Positions 16,361 through 20,000 of a stretch of 20,000 nt of DNA are shown here, piece after piece. Position 1 is the stretch's first letter; every line of letters starts with the position of its first letter. The stretch lies in IMG/VR virus record IMGVR_UViG_3300012352_000670. One strand, given 5' to 3'. The stretch is from an uncultured virus (IMG/VR IMGVR_UViG_3300012352_000670). Taxonomy: Duplodnaviria > Heunggongvirae > Uroviricota > Caudoviricetes. The notes under the pieces are model-generated. The model searched no databases. It was given only the letters and a program-made list of their open reading frames with translations, and was not told the origin of the DNA. Both the position numbers and the translations under genes were made by a program.

Positions 16361-16389
16361 AAACTACAGGGCTTTTAGAGAAATGTCAA
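16361..16389 (-). promoter_or_regulatory. Sigma70-type leaderless promoter of the protease gene
   Basis: TTGACA-17 nt-TAGTTT-7 nt-ATG(16353). Confidence 0.7.
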
Positions 16390-16390
16390 A

Positions 16391-17284
16391 TTAATCTAAA
16401 AACTTTTTTACCATTAAATGTAGTTCCCCGATTGACCCATTATTTAGGATAATCTGATCAAAATCTTGGTACTCATTTAGGGCATGTTCGGAGACGTGAT
16501 CATTGGCTGGCCCTACGCCATTACGCATAACTCGCCAAACCTGACCGCCTAGGTCCTTTACGGCTTTAGCCTCATTAGGGAAGCGCACATCTGCAAAGAC
16601 AACCTTAGAGCCATCTGGAATTCGGTCAATCGCCAAATCAACCCAGAAGTTCTCTCCAAACATTTCACGACCAACCTCGGTACCTAGTCGTTGCATAAGA
16701 GGACGAATATCTGGACTAAATTCTTTAACGTTATCCCAGGTGGATGACCCACGTACTGCCGTTGTTAGCGGGACATTTCGCATGTCTCCGTAAGTGATGT
16801 TTGGGTTTAGCTTGAGAAGCGCCTCTCGCATAGGGTCGGCAAACGAAACCTTAATGTATCCACCGCTACTAACAAGAACATCCGCGACGGTGTCTTTTCC
16901 AGACCTAGCCCATCCCGATAGGCCGACGGCCTGAACTCGCGGAACAAGCTGTCCATTCTTTAGAACCATAATAGGAAGCCCGATTGCTTTAGCTACAGTA
17001 ACTTCAAGCGAAGCACCTTTAGATTTCTGCCAACCAGGCAATACGCAAAGTGCGTCAACTTCCAACACGTGAGGGAGGTCGCGACGCATATACCAACGCC
17101 ATGGGTTGTTCGGGGCTTCTGGACTACCTGCAGACTCTAGCGCTGCTTGAACAGTCGCTCCATCATTGTGAGCAGGGTTGATCACCTCGTGCCCAAGTAG
17201 TTCCAATTGCTTCTCTACTTCGAAAAAAGCAGGGAAGTTCCAGTCTTTGTAGCCAGTCATCGGACCAGCAATGTAGACCTTCAT
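16391..17284 (-). CDS. Fusion: nucleoside 2-deoxyribosyltransferase-like (DUF4406) domain plus deoxynucleoside monophosphate kinase
   Basis: N-terminal KVYIAGPMTG..NPA..LPGWQKSKGASLE; C-terminal P-loop GWARSGKDT, SFADP, RPLMQRLGTEVGR, DVRFPNE and HVSE. Confidence 0.88.
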   Translation of the reverse strand: MKVYIAGPMTGYKDWNFPAFFEVEKQLELLGHEVINPAHNDGATVQAALESAGSPEAPNNPWRWYMRRDLPHVLEVDALCVLPGWQKSKGASLEVTVAKAIGLPIMVLKNGQLVPRVQAVGLSGWARSGKDTVADVLVSSGGYIKVSFADPMREALLKLNPNITYGDMRNVPLTTAVRGSSTWDNVKEFSPDIRPLMQRLGTEVGREMFGENFWVDLAIDRIPDGSKVVFADVRFPNEAKAVKDLGGQVWRVMRNGVGPANDHVSEHALNEYQDFDQIILNNGSIGELHLMVKKFLD

Positions 17285-17574
17285 TACTTAGTTGCCTTTA
17301 GTAGTGCGATTGCGTGGATCACTCCAGAGATATATTGCTCATTCATATCCAATTCCTGTAGAGCGATCTTTTCATTCTCTAGAGCGTCTACCAACTTGTC
17401 ACGTTCGTCGGCAGCGCCAAGAGCATACCCAAAGTCAGTAGAGGTTTCAATGGCGGATGCAATTGCATCATTCAAAGTTTCCTTAGCTGCCATTGCTAGT
17501 CGAACGGTAGGTCCGATCTTGGAGATGATTTTATCGTCTGGATCAGGAATCGTATCAAAATCATTAAGAGACAT
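17284..17574 (-). CDS. Hypothetical helical protein
   Basis: TAATG overlaps on both sides within the dut-thyX operon. Confidence 0.75.
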   Translation of the reverse strand: MSLNDFDTIPDPDDKIISKIGPTVRLAMAAKETLNDAIASAIETSTDFGYALGAADERDKLVDALENEKIALQELDMNEQYISGVIHAIALLKATK

Positions 17575-18272
17575 TACGGGGCCACGCGTCCATTCTTGTT
17601 AAAAGTTTCGTAGGTGATAGGCATCTTCTCGGCAAAGAACTCTTCCATCTTTTCAGCCACCATTTCGATCTCACGCTGAGGGAATGAAGGAAAGTGNNNN
17701 NNNNNNNNNNNNNNNNNNNNNNNNNNNNNNNNNNNNNNNNNNNNNNNNNNNNNNNNNNNNNNNNNNNNNNNNNNNNNNNNNNNNNNNNNNNNNNNNNNNN
17801 NNNNNNNNNNNNNNNNNNNNNNNNNNNNNNNNNNNNNNNNNNNNNNNNNNNNNNNNNNNNNNNNNNNNNNNNNNNNNNNNNNNNNNNNNNNNNNNNNNNN
17901 NNNNNNNNNNNNNNNNNNNNNNNNNNNNNNNNNNNNNNNNNNNNNNNNNNNNNNNNNNNNNNNNNNNNNNNNNNNNNNNNNNNNNNNNNNNNNNNNNNNN
18001 NNNNNNNNNNNNNNNNNNNNNNNNNNNNNNNNNNNNNNNNNNNNNNNNNNNNNNNNNNNNNNNNNNNNNNNNNNNNNNNNNNNNNNNNNNNNNNNNNNNN
18101 NNNNNNNNNNNNNNNNNNNNNNNNNNAGGTAGTTGATGAGACCAGCATCCCTACTAGTGTCTTCGTTTGATGCACCAGTAGATACTCGAGCTGCCATAGC
18201 AACTGCGGAATCGGATGCCATAGAGTTGATCAGCTCGACAGTCATGTCACTGCGGAAAGTCACTTCAGTCAT
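17574..18272 (-). CDS. thyX: FAD-dependent thymidylate synthase (middle hidden by N gap)
   Basis: N-terminal SDSAVAMAARVS..GLINYL and C-terminal SFPQREIEMVAEKME..MPITYETF..NGRVAP match ThyX ends, and the flanks stay in frame across 430 N. The RHR signature is not visible. Confidence 0.82.
   Translation of the reverse strand: MTEVTFRSDMTVELINSMASDSAVAMAARVSTGASNEDTSRDAGLINYXXXXXXXXXXXXXXXXXXXXXXXXXXXXXXXXXXXXXXXXXXXXXXXXXXXXXXXXXXXXXXXXXXXXXXXXXXXXXXXXXXXXXXXXXXXXXXXXXXXXXXXXXXXXXXXXXXXXXXXXXXXXXXXXXXXXXXXXXXXXXXXXHFPSFPQREIEMVAEKMEEFFAEKMPITYETFNKNGRVAP
17697..18126. other. Sequence gap or masked run (430 N)
   Basis: Run of N characters. Confidence 1.
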
Positions 18273-18274
18273 TT

Positions 18275-18703
18275 TTATACTCCAGTTGATCCGAAGCCAC
18301 CAGCACCGCGTTCGGTATCATCTAGTGACTCAACTACAGAGAATACTGCAGTCTCATACTTTTGGATTACCATCTGAGCGATTCGATCACCCTTATCAAT
18401 AAGGAAAGGTTCATCTGAGGTGTTGTAGAGAATTACGCCAACTTCACCCCTATACCCAGAGTCAATCGTTCCCGGAGTATTGAGAACCGTAATACCGTGT
18501 TTAAGAGCCAAACCACTTCTAGGGTGCACTAAGGCAACATAGCCAATAGGGAGCTCGATCTTAAGACCAGTTTTGATAAGTACTCGTTCTCGGGGGAGAA
18601 CTACGTATGAATCAGCGGCTCGCAGATCAGCACCCGCGTCCCCGATATTAGCATAGCCAGGGAGTAAGCTCAATTCTGATACTTCTACATTTATATCTAC
18701 CAT
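18275..18703 (-). CDS. dut: Trimeric dUTPase
   Basis: Motifs AGADL, RSGLA, GTIDSGYRGE, RIAQ and RGAGGFGSTG. Confidence 0.97.
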   Translation of the reverse strand: MVDINVEVSELSLLPGYANIGDAGADLRAADSYVVLPRERVLIKTGLKIELPIGYVALVHPRSGLALKHGITVLNTPGTIDSGYRGEVGVILYNTSDEPFLIDKGDRIAQMVIQKYETAVFSVVESLDDTERGAGGFGSTGV

Positions 18704-18742
18704 GCAAAAATCCTATCAGGAGATGTCCAGTAAAATTCTAGT
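18704..18742. promoter_or_regulatory. Back-to-back leaderless promoters (dut and gpx-like gene)
   Basis: Minus strand: TGA-TAGGAT (18715-18710) 6 nt before the dut ATG. Plus strand: TAAAAT (18731-18736) 6 nt before ATG 18743. Confidence 0.6.
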
Positions 18743-19363
18743 ATGACTACAAATATTGCCGGATCTATTTACGATATCCCAATCCAGTCTTGGGATAATA
18801 AGGATAACTTTTTATCTAAATACAAAGGAAAAGTTACCTTGATTGTAAACGTAACCGCCGATTGCGGTAACGCACCCCAGCTGGCTCCGCTAGAAGAGAT
18901 ATATCAGAAGTATAAGGATCAGGGTTTCGAGATTGCAGCTATCCCCACTAATGACTTCTGCGGTCCAGGCATCACCTATAACGAGTGGGAAGATGGTATT
19001 ACCTGCGCTAACGATGCTAGAAAGTATGCTCTAGACACATATCAAGTAACATATGACTTCTCTGAGATGGTTACTTCTCAGGTTCATGATGTTTGGCGGG
19101 AAAAGCGCAATAACTACCGCGAGACTCACCCTTTGTTCGAGGCTTTAGCGTCAAAGAGCTTGCCAATGGGCGGTAACTTTGAAAAGTTTTTAATTGACAG
19201 AGATGGAAACATCGTCAAAAGATTCCACAACTTTACGTTGCTTGATTACTACTATGACAACGTGAAAAATGGAATTTACATTATGAACGAGAATGATCCA
19301 GAGCCGCTAACTTCGGAAGAAGCGTACGAGCTAATCTGCTCGGAGATTGAAAAGCTACTCTAA
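18743..19363 (+). CDS. Glutathione peroxidase family protein (divergent active site)
   Basis: YKGKVTLIVNVTADCG..PQ..LEEIYQKYKDQGFEIAAIPTNDF, HPLF and NFEKFLIDRDG. Confidence 0.88.
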   Translation: MTTNIAGSIYDIPIQSWDNKDNFLSKYKGKVTLIVNVTADCGNAPQLAPLEEIYQKYKDQGFEIAAIPTNDFCGPGITYNEWEDGITCANDARKYALDTYQVTYDFSEMVTSQVHDVWREKRNNYRETHPLFEALASKSLPMGGNFEKFLIDRDGNIVKRFHNFTLLDYYYDNVKNGIYIMNENDPEPLTSEEAYELICSEIEKLL

Positions 19364-19371
19364 CAATTAAT

Positions 19372-19944
19372 ATGGATCAGATAAAAGTAGTAAGTAACTT
19401 TATCTCTGCGGAAGACATAGAGCTATTTAAAAACTACAACGATCATCTTTTAGAGACTAAACCAGATCTATTTTTTATAGGGAACAACGGAAAGCGCCCA
19501 GTGCTTCAGTTCGGGAAAGACAACGCTCATGCCATGTCATCTCTTGAACTAGACTCAACAATCCCTGAGATTAAAGATCTGGTTAGATCTTATTTCTCAA
19601 AGGCTATCGAAACCGTAAAAGACTTATATAAAGAGTCTAGGGATCTGTACGTTTGTTCTTTTTGGCTAGCTAAGCAATTACCAGGCGCTAATGTTCAAAT
19701 GCACGACGATACCGATGAAGGTAGGAATGTGCATTTCACATACAGTGCGGTTCTATACCTAAACACCCTTGGCACTACGGGCGACTTAATCTTTACAGAT
19801 CTAGGACATTCAGTGAAACCATTTGCTGGTGATCTAGTCGTTTTTCCATCTCAAAGTACCGGAAATCATGAAGTCAAAGAGATAGATCAGCATAGATACA
19901 CCATGCCGATGTGGCTAACCACAGATAAGAGCTATGCTCTCTAG
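19372..19944 (+). CDS. 2OG-Fe(II) oxygenase (prolyl-4-hydroxylase-like)
   Basis: HDD ... YSAVLYLN..GDLIF ... GDLVVFP..HEV...RY. Confidence 0.9.
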   Translation: MDQIKVVSNFISAEDIELFKNYNDHLLETKPDLFFIGNNGKRPVLQFGKDNAHAMSSLELDSTIPEIKDLVRSYFSKAIETVKDLYKESRDLYVCSFWLAKQLPGANVQMHDDTDEGRNVHFTYSAVLYLNTLGTTGDLIFTDLGHSVKPFAGDLVVFPSQSTGNHEVKEIDQHRYTMPMWLTTDKSYAL

Positions 19945-19946
19945 AG

Positions 19947-20000
19947 TGGACCTGGCGGGAATTGAACCCGCGTCCAATGAAAGTTCCATCGTTCTTCTAC
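19947..20000 (-). ncRNA. ssrA: tmRNA 3' end (truncated by window edge)
   Basis: Minus strand GTAGAAG...TTGGAC-GCGGG-TTCAATT-CCCGC-CAGGTCC-A. This shows the GGAC-T-arm junction, U70 and A73 alanine identity elements and an upstream GTAGA, all typical of tmRNA, with no anticodon arm at the tRNA position. Confidence 0.8.

Noticed and set aside
15183..16378. Several plus-strand ORFs opposite the protease (likewise those opposite the methyltransferase and nuclease)
   Set aside because: They are antisense shadows of well-supported genes.
17697..18126. Possible intron, intein or hidden element in thyX
   Set aside because: The content is unseen. The flanks are in frame and 232 aa is a normal ThyX length, so nothing supports an insertion.
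1..20000. Stop-codon reassignment, CRISPR array or integrase
   Set aside because: Conserved genes are intact under the standard code and end in TAA or TAG. No suppressor tRNA, spaced repeats or recombinase motifs were seen.

Overview
This window reads as part of a large tailed-phage genome, and the host is probably an actinobacterium (inferred from leaderless promoters, ThyX, the short-armed tRNA-Leu(UAA) and an M23 plus PG-binding endolysin). From left to right it contains: (i) small minus-strand membrane ORFs; (ii) a plus-strand cassette of a small membrane protein, a ~1190-aa multidomain surface-like protein, a thermonuclease, a second small membrane protein and an M23 endolysin ending at a terminator; (iii) small hypothetical genes; (iv) two 2OG-Fe(II) oxygenases interleaved with a minus-strand tRNA cluster (Asp-GUC, Glu-UUC, Thr-UGU, a non-canonical tRNA-like RNA, Met/Ile2-CAU, Leu-UAA); (v) a C5 DNA methyltransferase split over two overlapping reading frames; (vi) a run of small hypothetical genes; (vii) a secreted subtilisin-like protease; (viii) a nucleotide module (dut, thyX interrupted by a 430-N gap, and an NDT-like/dNMP kinase fusion); (ix) a divergent glutathione peroxidase-like gene and a third 2OG oxygenase; and (x) the 3' end of a tmRNA at the right edge. 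The most unusual signals are the tRNA-like RNA with an expanded anticodon arm and its upstream GNRA hairpin, the surface-protein/nuclease cassette, and oxygenase genes abutting tRNA/tmRNA 3' ends. All calls come from motif recognition by eye; no searches were run.
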